From contig MCFH01000012.1 of the NCBI GenBank assembly GCA_002104945.1, forward strand, positions 434,001 through 498,000: a stretch of DNA of 64,000 nucleotides, read 5' to 3'. The translations under genes and the position numbers were made by a program. The stretch's first letter is position 1. The number at the start of each line of letters is the position of its first letter. Below are positions 19,176-33,116 of this stretch, piece after piece. The stretch comes from Piromyces finnis finn (lineage: Eukaryota; Fungi; Neocallimastigomycota). The notes under the pieces were generated by a model. It was not told where the DNA came from and did not search any database. It saw nothing but the letters and a program-made list of their open reading frames with translations.

Positions 19176-22163
19176 ATGGATATTTTATCAAAATTATTGT
19201 CGAAAAAAAAAGGGAAATCCAAGAAGCCAAAAAAATTAAAGGAGTATACCATTAAAAGAGTTTTAGGTATCTTTTATAATAATTTAAAACTTATATCAAA
19301 CATTGTTTAAATATATTTAAAATAAAAAAAATAGTGCTATTATAAATATTATAATATACAAATTTTAATTATTACTCTAAAATATCTAAAATATTAGGTA
19401 TTGGTTCATACGGCACTGTAAAAGAAGCTGTTAGAAATAAAGATGATATTAGATGTGCAATCAAAATTATAAAAAAATCAAAAATTAAAAAAAATGAAAA
19501 TCTTATCAAACGTGAACTTACTATCTTAAATAAAATTAATCATCCTCATATTATAAAGCTGTATGATTGGTTTGAAACTCATTCAAAATATTATCTTGTA
19601 TTTGAATTGTTAGTATTTATATAACTTCTTTTCTAAATGTTGAATATATTTACTATTTAATTTTTCATTAAATATAATAAATATATTGTCAAATATTAAA
19701 AACTAAAATCAAAATTTATTACATTATTCTTAATTATCTTGGTCAGGGCTTCTGGTGGTGAACTCTTTAATAGAATATGTGAACAAGGAAAATTTACAGA
19801 ACGTGATGCAGCTATTATCATATCAACAACAATATCTTCTGTTGCATTTTTACACAGTAAAGGCATTGTTCATAGGGTATATATACTATTTTAATAATAG
19901 TAGTAGTAGTAATAATAATATATATTAAATTTAATATTAAAAAAAATTTTAATATTAATGTACATATGTAATAACACCAAAATCATTAAAACATTTAATA
20001 TTATATCAAATAAAGGATATTAAACCAGAAAACTTACTATTTATTGACGAAGGTATGGATAAATTAGTTTTGGTCGATTTTGGTATTTCAAAAATTATAG
20101 AAGGACCAACTGATTTACTTACCACAGTATGTGGAAGTCCAGGTTACACGGGTAAGCAAAACAAAAAAAGCTATTAAAAATAACCATTGCTTTTAATCAT
20201 TTATTTTATTAATAATAATTATATTATTATTTACTCGAATAAAACATCTATATTTTCATACTATAGCTCCAGAAATATTAAAAGGAAAATCATACTCCAA
20301 AGCAGTAGATTTATGGAGTGTTGGAATAATTACATATATTTTATTAAGTGGATATTCACCATTTTATTATTGTAAAGATACAAATCAACTTTATGATGCC
20401 ATTATGCATGGGCGTTATACATTTGAAGATAGATATTGGCATAATATATCATCATGCGGTACAAGTTTTTTTTATAATATATAATATATTGGTTTTAACG
20501 ATATTACTTATTCATAAAAAAAATATTAAGAAGAACTATGTTAGATTAATATGCATATATATAATTCTAATAACATTTATAAATATTATAAATATTATAA
20601 ATAATATGATACCCACTGACTATAGCAAAAGATTTTATAAAAGCATTACTACAAGTTGATCCAGAAAAAAGAATTACAGCAGAAGAAGCTTTAGATCATC
20701 CATGGCTTAATAATTTATGTCCAAAGCATGTTAAATTCTTAAAAAAGCAAAATGAAACACCAAAATACGATAAAAAATCAAATTCTTCAAAGATACTTCA
20801 AATAAATGGTAAACAATCTAAAGAAAAATTGAATTCTGAACCTAGTGAAAAGTCATCAGCCTCAATACCAAAATCAAAAAGTATTGTATCTTTTGTTGAT
20901 GAACCAAAAGATATACAACCTTCTTCCAGTTTAAGCAAAGAAAATACTAAATTAAATAATATATTAAATAGCGGATATATGTATAATGAACCAAAAACGA
21001 TGACTAAATATACTAAAAATGATAATCAACTTAATGAAACATCAGAATCATGTCTTTGTAATTCTAAAGGAGAAAAAGATGAAAGTCATAACCATCTTTC
21101 CATTCCACATTTAAATGATTATAATGAAAGTATTAGTTCTATTAGTGATATTGACGATGAATATATCGAGTCTGAAGCAAAGATACAAAATGGTAGCAAT
21201 GTTAATAATACTGGTAAAAAATCATCAAAATCAAATAAACCATTAGAAACAAAAGAGCAAGATTTCTCTTCATCAACTAATAAAAATGTCTCAACACGCT
21301 CTTTACCATCTGATAAGGTTAAGAAAGATAATAAACATAAGAATCCGTTTGGCAAATTAGCAGATACTAGACATATGTCACTAGCATATCTTGGACACAA
21401 AGACTCTAGCATGGATATTTTATCCTCTGTTGAAGAAATCATAGAATTACCAGAGTTACTTCCAGATGAATACTACATTGCCAATGTTGATGATAATGAG
21501 TTCAAGCCACAACTTCCATTTCAAACAAAAAAAAGAAGAAGAAAACATAAAAAGTCAGAGCATGAAGAGTATTGCGTTAAGGAAGCCGAGGAAGAAATTG
21601 ATGTTTTGAATGGTGAAGTTACAGAAGTTAAATCTAGAGAAATAACAAATATTTCTGATTCTGCTTGTAATTCTAGTGATGCAATATATGCCAAGAGCAA
21701 CAACACAAGTTTAATTAAAAAAGACTATGGTAGTACTTCAAAGTTAAGTAGTATTGTTTCCGATATCATAGCAAAAGAAAAGGAAAAGGAAATAGAAAAA
21801 GAAAAGCAAAAAAGAGAAGAAGAAGATAATATTGTTAGTGCCACTGACTTAAAAAAGGATAATATTGAGCAGTCTAACAATAGGGTTAATGAAAATGGAG
21901 TCTATCACTATAAAGAAGAATCTCTTCAAACTTTAAATTCAGATAGTACATGCTCATGTTGTAAATCTGATGATGAAGGAAATAATGACGACGATGACGA
22001 TGATGACGATGACGATGATAATTTACCAAATCTTCTTCAATCTGAAGAATACAGAACTAACTTTATTAAAAGACGTTTCCAAAAAGCTGTTAGAAGAGTT
22101 CATATGTTAAATCGTTGGAAATCATATTCACATAGTACATTTGAAAATGCTTCAATTGGTTAA
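19176..22163 (+). CDS. Ca2+/calmodulin-dependent protein kinase (CaMK1/CMK family) with a long disordered C-terminal insert
   Basis: Spliced kinase motifs: VLGIGSYGTV, AIK, ASGGELF, HRDIKPEN, DFG, CGSPGYTAPE, VDLWSVG, RITAEEALDHPWL. The last exon runs ~20624-22163. Confidence 0.93.
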
Positions 22164-23030
22164 TAAATTCATTTGATTTTTTTTTTTTTTAATTAATATA
22201 TAAGGAATGAAAAAAAAAAATAATAATAAATAAAGATTGAATCAGTATTGTATTATTATAACAATAAATAAATAAAAAAAAAAAAATTAAAATGATTTCA
22301 GTAAAGGTTTATTTTATATAAAAAATAAATACAGTTAATTATTATTATTAAATTTTATTATTGTTTTTTTTTACAGTAAATGTTAATCTGTAATTGAATA
22401 TTCCTATATTTTTTTTTAATTATTACTTGTTCTTTTAACCCCTCCTCTCAAAATCAACCTTTGTTGAATTAGGTGATAAGAAATATTATAATGTTTGTAC
22501 TACAAAGAATATCATAAATCTATTTATATCACATGATATGTTTATTGTAAAATACATATAATTCAAATCTTTTCTTTTTTTTATATAAAAAAAAAGTTAG
22601 GAATTATAATATTAATTTTTTTTTTTTTTATTATTATTATTGTTATTATTTATTATATGAAATATGAAATGAAGTAGTCGATGAAATCCATTAATTTATA
22701 AATTTAGAAATTTCATAAAGTCTGTAATATATATATTAGCAATAAATTTAGTTTATTAAATTAAGAATATATATATTATATATTCAAATTTCGTTATTTT
22801 TTCATACTTTTATATTATTAAATTTAAAGCAAAGGGTAATATATTAATAAAATTATTTATTTATCACAACTTTTTGTGACAAATTTAATTGGTATTGTTT
22901 TTTCTAATTAGAAATAATATATATATGTATATGTGTATATATGTCTTAATAAATTATTATTAATTTAGTTATCCAGAAAAAAAAAATAAATAAAAAGGCC
23001 TTTGTATTTTAAAAATAAATATAATTTAAA

Positions 23031-24022
23031 ATGTCTATGGTAATTAATTTAAATATGATTATTTTAATTTTAATTTAGTTTTAATAAAAATAAACCATTC
23101 CTTCTTATTATATAAATAGTAATTGCAAAAAAAACGTTAATAATGAAAAGAATTACATTAAAGAATTTCTTTTAAATTATTTATTAATTCATTTAATATT
23201 AATAAATATATGATACATCTTTTATATATAAATGCTTAAATATATATTTCTATCCCAAATATATAAAGTATAATTTATATCGAGAGGTTTATCCTCCTTC
23301 ATGTGTAGAAGATGCTATTCCTTGTCATTTTACTTCACCAACGGCAAGAAATTTAGTTGTTGTAAAAGCATCTACTATTGAAATTTATGAAGTGTTGGAG
23401 ATTTCTGATGAAGAAGAAAAGAAATTTTGGATAGGAAAGGATAGTAAAGATCAGGTAATACTATGATTTTTTTTAAAAAAAAAAAAAAAAGAAAAGAAAG
23501 AAAGAAAGGAAAAAAAAATAATAAAATTGACTAAAATATTAAATTTAATGACTATTATATTAAACATACTTAATAATGTCTTTTTTTTTTAATAAAATAT
23601 ATTATACTATATTCTTTTAAAATCAAAATTTTATTAATTTAATTATATAAAATTCTAAAATGTTTCAAAACTCATTACTTTCATAAAAAAAATAATAAAA
23701 GGAAAAAACAAATGACCAAATATATCCAAAAATAAGAGCAGGATTAGAATTAGTTACATCATATAAAATTCATGGAAATGTCACATCTATTAATTGTATA
23801 AAAACTACTACCAATGTAGGATTACTTGGTATGGATAGCTTACTTGTCAGTTTCAAAGATGCAAAGGTATTATAAAGATAAAATAATGGAATAGAATATA
23901 TATTATACAAGTATAATTATAATTGTTCATATTTTTATACATTATATAAACATTATGCCTAATTCAAAATTAAAATTTTGAAATGTAAAAATTCTTTTTC
24001 ATATTAATATCAATAATATTTG

Positions 24023-24058
<36 letters not shown>

Positions 24059-27000
24059 TGTCATTATTGGAATGGTCAAATGCTACTAAAGATATTGTTA
24101 CAGTTTCATTACATTATTACGAAAGAGAGGAATTTCAGGTTAGAATTATAAAATTAATAAAAAAAATTAATAATATTTAAAAAATCATATTTATTTCCAA
24201 TCTCTAAAAAATTAATTTTATTTATACTAAATGTAAAACTTCAAAAACGTAAAATTTAATCGATATATAAAATGTATTTAAAAAAAATATAATAAAAAAT
24301 AATTATATATATAATAATGAATAAATCCTTTTAAACAGGATGTATACCTTTCAACAAGTAATCCTGAAATTAGAGTTGATCCATTGAATCGTTGTGCTGC
24401 TTTACAATTCTATTATGATCAGATTGCTATATTACCATTCAAGCAAGAAGTTGCTGGTGGTGTAGCATCAACTTATATCGATGAAGATATCCTAAAAGAA
24501 ATCAATGAAAATCAGTATGAAAGAGATTCAAGGTAAATAATATATTATAATTCTTTAATATAATAGAATTTTGTAATGTATAATTTTATAATATTATCTT
24601 TATTTTTTTCGTGTCACCTTTTTTATATATAATTAACAAATAAAATTCATTTTATCACTATATAATTTTTAAAACGAAATACTATAATACTATTAATAGA
24701 GAAAATCCATGTTTACCAAGTTTTGTTATATCAGGAAATAAAATTGATAAAAGAATAAAGAATATCATTGATGTTGTGTTTTTATATAATTATTTCGAAC
24801 CAACTTTAGCTATTTTATATGAACCGGATTTAACTTGGCCAGGGTAATGCATATTATAAATATATGATATAGATAATTAAAATATATTATAATAAATAAT
24901 ACATTATATACCCTTGATATTATATCATTTCTAAAACTTCAATAAAATGATATTAATCGATTTTATTTTATTTTTTTTCCTAAACGTTTACCTCTTTTCT
25001 TTTATAAAATTATAAAAATACACCAAATTTTACTGATATTAATCAATCAATCAATAAATAGTCGTTTAGCCCAATTAAATGATACATGTTCTTTAGTTGT
25101 GGTTTCGCTTGATTTAACACAACATATATACCCAGTTTTATTTTCAGTTGATCACTTACCATACAATTGTTTTAAATTAATTTCTGTACCATCACCAGTT
25201 GGTGGTATACTGGTAGTTAGTCAAAATGGTTTAATTTATATCGATCAAACATCTGTTCCTGGTATATCATTAGGTTTAAACGAATATTTCGGTATGGAAA
25301 AGAAACTAAGTACTCGAAATGATGATCCATCGGTTAATATTTTGCAAAAAGCACTAGAATTACAACCAAAAAATCCTTTGTATTCCTCTCGAATGACTAA
25401 TTTTAAATATTTAGGTGTCACCCTAGATGCATCAGTATCTTGTTTCTTAAATCCAGATACCCTTATGTTTATTTTAAAAGAAGGTGATGTCATGATTGTA
25501 GAAATGGTTGGTAATGAAGGTGATGGCCATGGTTGGGCCAGAAAAAAAAATGGTATTAGTAAATTTAGAGTTGCTAAATGTAGTATAAAGACAACACCAC
25601 CTATTTGTCTTTGTAAAGTTGGTCAAGAAATAAATAGTGACGGTATTGATCGTTGGAAAAACGAAAATAAAGGGACAGGTTATTTATTTGTTGGTTCTAG
25701 GGTAGATGATTCAATGCTCTTACAATATCAAGAATTTGAAATTCTTGACATTACAGCAGAAGAAGAACCAGAAGAAAATAAAGTTGCGACAAGCCCATCG
25801 ACGACCACAATAAAAGAAAATGAAAAAAATGAACCTGTAGACGATCTTTATAATCTTTCTAAAACCTCTAGTGAAAAAATAACAGACGAAAAAGAGGCTA
25901 ATGCAAAAGAAAATGTCGCGGCAGATTCTAGTAGTGAAACAGATTTTTACAATATAAATATTCCGTTTGATCCAGCAGCCGAACTTGCTGCCTCAACTAA
26001 TGAAAAGGAAAAAGAAAAAAAAGATTCGTCAATGAAAATTGATGAAGATACCTTGGATGATGGTAAATCGAAATTATTTTTATGCCTATATATATATACA
26101 TATTTCATTTTCTTTATAATCATTTATTCATTTAAATCTCATAATACGAAATATTTTTTTTTTGTTTTTTAATACTAATATATTATAATATATATGTGTG
26201 TTAATACATGTTTCAAACCCATTTATTCACATATATATTCTATTTTTAGATTTATATGCGCTAAATGAAGATATTCCAACTGAACCAAATGATCCTGATA
26301 CCCAAAAGAAAACAGAAATTGAAGTTGAAGAAGAAGATCTTATGAAATATATACCTCCAAGTTCAAAATTCTTCTTTAGAGTTTTAGATACCATCAATAA
26401 TATTGGACCAATTACACAAATGGAAATTTCTGATCCAGGATGGGCTTCCGCTTGTCCGTATGCTGATTATGATGATTTCCCACACAATTATCAACCTACC
26501 ATACCTAGAAAAGATATTCAGATTGTCACATGTTCAGGAGGTCAAGACCCTTCTAGAGGTAACTTGAATATTTTAAGAAAGAATATCCATCCAGTAATCT
26601 ATGGTAATTTTGAGGAATTAGGTAATGATATTCAAAACGTTTGGGCGATTAAATTGAAATTACCATCCTCCCTTTTCTTAGATTTATCCTCATCCAATAC
26701 AAAAGGTATGCTGCTAATAATTTTAAAATAAAAATTTTAAAATAATAAATAAAACCTTTAATCGAATGAATAATTAAAAAAAAAAAAAAAAAATCTTTAT
26801 ATTTTTATTTCATTTATAAGAAAAATTATATGATAGAATCCTTGTTATATCTAAAGAATCATGTACAATGGTAAATTTTAATTATATATAAAAACATATA
26901 CTTTATTATATTATATAATATATTTAATGGTTATGGAAATAATAATAAAAAATAATTCTATGGTAATTATCACGTAATCCTATCTATTAATAATAAAAGG

Positions 27001-27215
27001 TTCTTGAAACTGGTGAAGAATTAAGTGAATTGGAAGAATCTGGATTCTATGAAGATGGACCAACTGTGTCGGTAGCATCATTTTTAAAGAACAGTGTTGT
27101 AATTCAAGTTCATCAAAAGGGTATTATTGTAATTAATGGAGGTAAGAATAGAATTAATTATTTGTTATATATATATAATAATAATAATAAATAATAAATT
27201 ATTTATATCATTTAT

Positions 27216-27291
<76 letters not shown>

Positions 27292-30200
27292 TTGCATAAA
27301 TATAGATTACAAAAAAATTGACGAAGCTATGATTGATTCCAATAGAACTATTGTTTATTGTAGTCTTATTGATCCGTATATTCTACTTCTTTTTGATGAT
27401 GGGAATATTAATATTTATAAAATCGATGAAAAAGAATTGAAATTAGAAAAAGTCAAGGATATGGAAGTAAGGCAAAAAAAAAAAAGATAATTGATTATAA
27501 TATGAAATAATATAAGATAACAATACTAAATAATAATAATAATTTTCTTTGCCATTTATTTAATAAAGAGAAAGGATGTTAAAGCATGTTGTTTATATAA
27601 AAGTCCAATATCAGTTTTCCCAACACGCGAAGATGCTAATAAAATATTAAGTAAAAACTATTTGAAAGCAAAGCGAAAACCTTTTAAAAATAGTAAAAAA
27701 AGAAATTTATCAGATCAAGATAATAGTAACGAGAAAAAAATGAAAATTGATAATGATGATGATTTGTATAATGACGTTGGATTATATAACGATGGATCTA
27801 CTACAACAACCCCAGTAACCTCCAAAGAAATGGATAACAGTGCCGTTGATGAATTAGATTTATATAACTTATCTTCTCAATCTACCCAAGAAACTTCAAT
27901 AAAGGAAAAAGCAACAGTTGAAGATGATGAATCAAAAGAGAATGATGAAAAAAAGAATGAGGATGAAATAAATATTGATGAAGAAAAGGAATCCAATAAA
28001 ATAAATCAAGAAAATAAAGAATTTAGAAGAAACGAAAAGTATTGGTGTGTTATCTATACAGTAAAGGGATCTTTAGAGGTTTGTATTTATAAAATGGTTT
28101 GAGAATATTTTATAATTTAAAGGAAAAAAAAAAAACCGAAATAATTATCTAGATAGATAAAATAAATGGATTACCATGTAATTAAAATCTCTTTATAATA
28201 ATAGATCTTTTCTTTAGAAGATTTTCAATCCTACTTTGTTTATAATCGACTTGATTACCTTCCAAAACTTGTTATTGATCAATATAATATGAAAATGAAT
28301 AAATTAGATGAGAATATAGAAAATCAAGGTATTTCATCTGATATCGAAGAAATTCTTTTAACAAACTTTAAAAAAGATCAAAAAAGTTTATATCCATATT
28401 TAATTGTAAGTTTATTGATTTAGAAAAAAAAATATGTATATATATATATATGAATTACTTCAAAATCAAAATAATTAATGTTTTATTCGAAACTTCTGTT
28501 CATTATATTATAAATATTATTTCATAGATTCGTACAAATCTTAATGATTTGATTATCTATAAAGCATTTTTATTCTCAAGTGCATATGAAAGTAATCATT
28601 CTTTAGGTTCACTACGGAACAATAATTTCAATTCTGAAAATTCTTCTTCCTCAAATTGCAGTGTTACAAGATTAGGTATCAGATTTAAACGTATTGAACA
28701 TGACTTTTTAACAAGAGAACCATTACTTGCTTCAAATAATTCAACTCTTTCTACCAATAAAAAAAATCAAAAGAAATCAACAGAAAATGATGATAAAATG
28801 AAGGTTGATGGTGAAGATGAAAATAAAATATCAAAGCCCCCTTCCATTCGTAAAACTTATTTAAAATATTTCTCAAAGATTTTAGGTCAAAATAAAGAAA
28901 TTTTTGTTAATGGGGTATTTATGTCAGGTCCAAGACCATGCTGGATTTTAATTTGTGGTAATGGTAGTGTTAATCCTGTTAAATTAGAAATAACAGAAGA
29001 AAATGGTTATTACAGTATATTACCAAGTCCCCCACCACAAATTCTTGGTAAAGGGAAAATTTGGGTTCATCCGATGATTGTTGATGGACGTATTAAATGT
29101 TTCACAGAATTCCATAATATTAATTGTCCATACGGTTTTTTATATGTCAATAAAAAGGTAAAGAAGAAAAAAATAATAATAATAACTAATTTAAATAATA
29201 GAATAATTTTATAAAAAAAGAAAGGGGGAAATAGTGTAGAATTAAAATCCTTTTATTATTAACATTTTATTTAAATAAAATACATACTAATCTTAAATAT
29301 TTTTAAAAAAATAAAATAAAATAAAAAATAATAATTATTTTTTTAGAATTCATTAAGAATTTGTAAATTATCACCAGATTTCACATATGATTCTCCATGG
29401 CCAACTAGAAAAATACCATTAAATGATAGAGTACCAGAAAATTTAAATTATCATACACCATCTCAAACTTTTGCTATGATTACAAGTAGACCAGAAAAGT
29501 ATAAAAACCCTGAACCAGATAATACCAATAATACCAATAATAATGCTAATGCAAATTCAGTTTCAACACCAAATGTTCATAATGAAGTAGAAACACCAAA
29601 ACCAGAAGAACCTAAAAATGAAAATGAAGCAATACAAGAAGAAGAAGATTCAGGTAATTAACACTAATTTATTTTCTATATCAATATTATTGGTTAAATT
29701 ATTTTATCACTATATATAATAGTCTTAAAATATAAATTTATATTCACTAATTTTTTCTTTCTTTCATAATTTATTCTTACTTTTATAAAAAGGTGCTTAT
29801 TCACCATTGACTGTAATATATTCTTTAGAATTAGTTTCACCTATTACATGGGAAACTGTTGATAAGTTAGTCATTTATAATTTTTTAATATATACATAAA
29901 CATTTCTTGTTTCCATTTAATATTAATATATAAATATGAAAAAAAAAAAAAAAAAAAAAAAAAATTATTCCATATAGAATTGATTTTGAAGAATATGAAA
30001 CTGTACTTACCGTAAAATGTCTAGATTTAGAATGTAAGCAAACTACATCTGGTAAAAAGAAATTTTTGGTCATCGGTACAGGATTTTTAAAAGGTGAAGA
30101 TGTTACTACAAAGGGAAAGGTAAATAAAAATTTTTATTGTTATTATATAAAATGAAAACTAATAATTTGTATATTTAATTCATATAAGTATTTAAAAAAA

Positions 30201-30470
30201 AAAAAAAAAAAAAAAAAAATTGAATATTAATACAAAAATGTATCCTATATTAACCATAATAATTATATCAAAAGATTTATGTTTATGATATTATTGATGT
30301 TATTCCAGAACCAAATAATCCACAAACAAATCACAAGTTTAAATTATTATTTGTTAATGATGAAAAGGGTCCTGTAACAAATGTTTGTGCATCCAAAGGA
30401 TTTTTATTAGCTGCTATTGGTAACAAGGTAATTTTATTAGAAATAATAATTTTAATATTTTTAAAATAAT

Positions 30471-30504
<34 letters not shown>

Positions 30505-30522
30505 TAAATTATAAACTTTCTT

Positions 30523-30562
<40 letters not shown>

Positions 30563-31613
30563 TGATTATTCATTCATTTGAAGATACCGAAAAATTGTCT
30601 GGTATCGCCTTCTTGGATGTCAATATGTATGTAAATTCAATTAAATCCATTAAAAACTATATTTTAATTGGTGATGCTTTTAAAAGTATTTGGTTTACAG
30701 CTTTCCAGGTAATTAATACTTATTCAAAAAAAAAAAAAGAATTTTTAAAAAAAAAAATTATATAACAAAATATTATTAAAATAATAATAATAAATAAATA
30801 AATAATAGGAGGAACCAGCCAAATTAGTTGTATTAGGAAAAGATTTCTATGATTTACAAATTTATGCCTCCGAATTTTTAATTGATGATAACACTTTATT
30901 CTTTTTAGTATCTGATGCTGATAAAAATATATGTTTATTTACCTATGCTCCATATAGTAAGATGTCAAAAAAAAAAAAAATTAAAAGATAGATTATATAA
31001 AATCAATATATATATAATAGAATAAGAATAATAAGGATAAAAATAATCTATATCCCTTTTTTTTGTTATTAATGTATTTTCTTTTATTATTATTATTATT
31101 ATTACATTTTCAAGACGTTCAATCTAGTAATGGTCAAAAATTATTAAGACAAGCTGATTTCCATGTAGGTTCTCATGTTAGTTGTACTTCACGTTTAGAA
31201 AAAATTAATGTTATAAAAAAGAAGGGTGGAAATCAAAATACAAGTAAACAACATTGTTGTCTTTGTGGTAAATATAAATAATATATAATACTTTTTTATT
31301 ATTATTAATATTAATTTTTTTAATTGAGAAAAATAAAAAATAAAAAAAAAAAAAAAAATTACTAAATAACTAATTATTTTAAAATAAAAAGGTACATTGG
31401 ATGGTGGTTTATGTTATGTTGTTCCAGTCTCTGAAAGAATGTATAAACGTATGAATGCTTTGAATATTTCATTAACTGCTGGTATTAATCATATTGCTGG
31501 ATTAAATCCAAGAGGTTATAGGTAAGAAGAAGGAATGAAAAAAAAAAATAATAATAATAGAAATTTTTTTCATTTTATTAAAAAGGTTTTTTATTCCTAA
31601 TACCATTTAGCAA

Positions 31614-31670
<57 letters not shown>

Positions 31671-31695
31671 GTTTATTATTATGTTTATTATTATG

Positions 31696-31739
<44 letters not shown>

Positions 31740-32174
31740 GTTTATTATTATGTTTATTATTATTATGTTTATTATTATGTTTATTATTATGTTTATTATG
31801 TTTATTATTATTATTATGTTTATTATTATTATTATTATTATTATTATGTTTATTATTATTATTATTATTATTATTATGTTTATTATTATTATTACTATTA
31901 TGTTTATTATTATTATTATACTAAAATTAATTTTATTTTTATTTATATTACTATTATTTTTACATAATTATTAATGAATTATAGACAAATGCAATCCAAA
32001 ACCATTCGTCTAAAATCAAATATTCATAAAAATATTTTAGATGGTGATTTATTATATCAATTTACCAATCTATCGATTACCGGTCAAAAAGATATGTCTA
32101 AACGTATTGGTTCCAGTGTTGAAAAAATTATGAATGATTTATTAGAAATGTCTATGGGTATTGAATTCTTTTAG
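23031..32174 (+). CDS. CFT1: Cleavage and polyadenylation specificity factor subunit 1 (CPSF160/Cft1), multi-exon
   Basis: N-terminal YREVYPPSCVE...RNLVV. Internal motifs FKDAKMSLLEW, VDPLNRCA, LPYNCFKL, YLFVGSRVDDS, NIGPI, GVFMSGPRPCW, LAFLD-like IAFLD and GDAFKS. C-terminal AGLNPRGYR...ILDGDLLYQF. The putative first micro-exon ATGTCTATG is at 23031. Confidence 0.93.
27218..27293. repeat. (TTTA)n intronic microsatellite
   Basis: Direct reading. Confidence 0.9.
31616..31918. repeat. Compound (ATT)n/(ATGTTT) intronic microsatellite in the last CFT1 intron
   Basis: Direct reading. It is the source of the spurious MFIII ORF. Confidence 0.9.
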
Positions 32175-32718
32175 AAAGGAAATGAAAATAATTTTATTTT
32201 TTGAGAAGCTCTCTTTTTTTTTTTTTACAATATTTTAAAATAATATTTCATTATAAATATTTCATAATAAGAATTAAAATCTAAATATTAATTTCACTAT
32301 TTATTTATTTGCATTTTCACTTTTTTTTTTTTTCCCCTTTTTTTATCCTTCTTTAAAACTCATAAATTATAAATATCAATATATAATAATAATCATTATG
32401 TTATGTGTATATATATCACTATTAAATATTAAATATATATATATATTAATATCACTAAATTAAAATAAAAATTAAAATTTCCTTTTTTTTTTTTCAATAT
32501 AAAATAATTTTTAAAATTTCATTTACTTAACTTATATATTGAATCAATTATTTGCTCTATTCTTTTTACCTTTATATGTGGAAAAAGTAAGGTTTATCCA
32601 AAAATTTATTATTCCTATTATTATTATTCCTATTAATAAAATTAAAGATAATCTCGATCATTTATGTTGAACAATAAATTCTTTTTTTTTTTGTTTTTAA
32701 AAAGATATACCTTTAAAA

Positions 32719-32761
<43 letters not shown>

Positions 32762-33116
32762 ATTAAACATACATATATATATAATAAATTGTAAATATAT
32801 AATAAAGGGGGTTTTTTTTTATTATTTATTTATTTTATTTTTTCATATAGGATTTTTCTTTATTGAAATATATTTTTAATAAATAGATATAGGTTGTGAT
32901 TGTGATTTTGTTATTTCGTCTTTACAATTTAAATGTTTAAAAAAAAAAAAAATTTTTTTATTTGTTTGTTTATGCCTTTTCAATATAAAATTTATTAAAT
33001 TAAAAAAAAAAATTTTTTTTTATCCATGCTTTTTTTTTTTATTATTCATTTTCTTGTTTGCTTGCTTGCTTATTTATTTTATATTTTTTTTTATAAATCG
33101 TTTAAATGAATTCAAT

